16,194 nucleotides of DNA from Calditrichia bacterium (lineage in GTDB: Bacteria > Calditrichota > Calditrichia > JAJRVZ01), in contig CAVZSQ010000005.1 in assembly GCA_963777955.1 (NCBI GenBank), positions 1 through 16,194 of the forward strand. Reading direction: 5' to 3'. The notes below the pieces were generated by a model that did not search any database, had not been told where the DNA came from, and was given only the letters and a program-made list of their open reading frames with translations. Below are positions 14,668 through 16,194 of the stretch, piece by piece (position 1 is the stretch's first letter; each line of letters starts with the position of its first letter). A program made the translations under genes and the position numbers.

Positions 14668-16194
14668 ATGAAAAAATTAATTTACACAATCGGGGGGATC
14701 TGTTTGATGAGTTTATCATTTATGTTCTGTGGTAAAAATAATGCTCCCGTACAGGTAAAGATCGAAAATGGCATGATTGAAGGATACCAGGATGCAAAAA
14801 CAGGTTTACAATTGTTTTTAGGAATTCCCTTTGCCAAACCGCCGCTGGGTGAGCTCAGATGGAAAGCACCGCAGCCTGTCGATAACTGGGAAGGAGTTTT
14901 AGAAACTAAAAAATTCGGTCCCAAACCGGTTCAAATTAATTTTTATGGGGATATGATCTACAGGGACAGTGGTACCAGCGAGGATTGCCTTTATCTTAAT
15001 GTCTGGGCTCCGGTTAAAAAGGATCCGCAAGGACTGCCTGTGCTGGTATATTTTTATGGCGGCGGTTTTGTGGCCGGTGACGGTTCCGAACCACGGTATG
15101 ACGGCGCCAGCATGGCTGAAAAAGGAATAGTGGTGTTAACGGTAAATTATCGCCTGCATATCTTTGGTTTCCTGGCCCACCCGGAACTTAGTGCTGAATC
15201 TCCGTACAAAGCTTCTGGCAATTACGGTCTGCTGGATCAGAATGCGGCGTTGAAATGGGTGCAAAAAAACATCGCCGTCTTCGGTGGTGATCCCAAGAGA
15301 GTAACCATCGCCGGGGAATCGGCCGGTTCCATATCGGTAAGTGCCCAGATGGCTTCGCCGCTGTCCAGAGACCTGATTGCCGGGGCTATTGGTGAAAGCG
15401 GGGCTGCAATTAATCCCACCCTGGCACCGGTGCCCCTGGCTGAAGCGGAAAAAACCGGATTGGAGTTTGCCAAAAACGCCGGCTTCAATTCACTGGCTGA
15501 GTTGAGAGCACTGAATACCGATTCGATCTTTGCCGTCTACAACAAATCCAAACGTTTCGGCTTTCCGTCGGTCATCGATGGTTATTTTTTACCGAAGACA
15601 CTGCCCGAAATTTTCCGGGCCAGAGAGCAGGCTCAGGTTCCCTTGCTGTTAGGCTGGAACTCCGCAGAAATTCCGGGTATGGCCTTCATGCAGGGTCTGC
15701 CTTATACCGAAGAAAATTATATTAAGAAAGTAAAAGAAGCATATCCCGATGATTATGATGAGGTTTTGAAACTATATGCTCATGGATCTGAAAAAGAAAC
15801 CGAGTTATCGGCAACCGCCCTGGCCTCCGACCGGTTTATCGCCTACAGCACCTGGAAGTGGTTTGACCTGCAGCGTAAGAACAGTTCCCAGCCGGTCTAC
15901 CGCTATCTTTATAGTAAGATACCCCCTCCGGCCGCGGCGAAAAATGAGGATACTTCTTTTAAAACAGCAGAACCAATCGGAGCGCCGCACGCCTGTGAGA
16001 TTCCGTATTGTCTGGGCAACCTGGAACTGATCAAAGATTGCGCCTGGACTGCGGATGATTATAAAGTTTCTGCGACCATGCAGAATTACTTTGCCAATTT
16101 TATTAAAACCGGAAATCCGAATGGAAAAGGTCTTCCGCAATGGCTGACCGCGGCAACCAACGATACCACCCCGCCGGTAATGGTCATTGATGTT
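14668..16194 (+). CDS. Type-B carboxylesterase/lipase family protein, predicted lipoprotein, truncated at the window end (absent from the ORF track)
   Basis: GAGGT RBS, ATG 14668, frame open to 16194; MKKLIYTIGGICLMSLSFMF-C; FLGIPFAKPPLGELRWKAP, SEDCLYLNVW, YGGGF oxyanion loop, GNYGLLDQ, GESAG (Ser 15319-15321), NSAE, GAPHACE (His 15988-15990), FIKTGNPNG. Confidence 0.93.
   Translation, partial: MKKLIYTIGGICLMSLSFMFCGKNNAPVQVKIENGMIEGYQDAKTGLQLFLGIPFAKPPLGELRWKAPQPVDNWEGVLETKKFGPKPVQINFYGDMIYRDSGTSEDCLYLNVWAPVKKDPQGLPVLVYFYGGGFVAGDGSEPRYDGASMAEKGIVVLTVNYRLHIFGFLAHPELSAESPYKASGNYGLLDQNAALKWVQKNIAVFGGDPKRVTIAGESAGSISVSAQMASPLSRDLIAGAIGESGAAINPTLAPVPLAEAEKTGLEFAKNAGFNSLAELRALNTDSIFAVYNKSKRFGFPSVIDGYFLPKTLPEIFRAREQAQVPLLLGWNSAEIPGMAFMQGLPYTEENYIKKVKEAYPDDYDEVLKLYAHGSEKETELSATALASDRFIAYSTWKWFDLQRKNSSQPVYRYLYSKIPPPAAAKNEDTSFKTAEPIGAPHACEIPYCLGNLELIKDCAWTADDYKVSATMQNYFANFIKTGNPNGKGLPQWLTAATNDTTPPVMVIDV

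Noticed and set aside
285..16140. All minus-strand ORFs and nested alternate-frame plus-strand ORFs in the track (e.g. 8975-9826 -, 3123-3551 -, 285-641 +, 11287-11670 +)
   Set aside because: They overlap well-supported genes, lack recognisable motifs, and are expected shadow ORFs.
1..16194. CRISPR array, tRNA/rRNA, transposase or integrase
   Set aside because: No regularly spaced repeats, RNA-gene signatures or recombinase motifs were seen; intergenic gaps are short.

Overview
A 16.2 kb bacterial window in which all ~19 credible genes lie on the + strand, tightly packed and mostly preceded by Shine-Dalgarno motifs (AGGAG/GAGGT). In order: MDR-family oxidoreductase, DUF488 protein, EamA/DMT transporter, serine hydrolase lipoprotein, DoxX-like remnant, DUF2177, DAK2(FakA)-DegV(FakB) fusion, DUF1295, Phd/YefM-RelE/ParE toxin-antitoxin (TA) pair, lipocalin blc, nrfH-nrfA cytochrome c nitrite reductase, a split membrane protein, a Cys-rich lipoprotein, MBL-fold hydrolase, DUF4349 lipoprotein, VIT1/CCC1 transporter, and a type-B carboxylesterase that runs off the right end and is missing from the ORF track. 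Six genes are out of frame in a way that deleting extra bases repairs (five net +1, one net +2), probably sequencing errors, and this hides their true termini. The best candidate for an undescribed system is the DUF2177 / fused fatty-acid kinase / DUF1295 / lipocalin lipid-handling module, which the TA pair appears to interrupt. Notable non-coding signals: a TA promoter/operator, an attC-like hairpin, a leader motif shared by two intergenic regions, and a perfect MerR(AdhR/NmlR)-like palindrome. Family calls come from motif recognition only; no searches were run.
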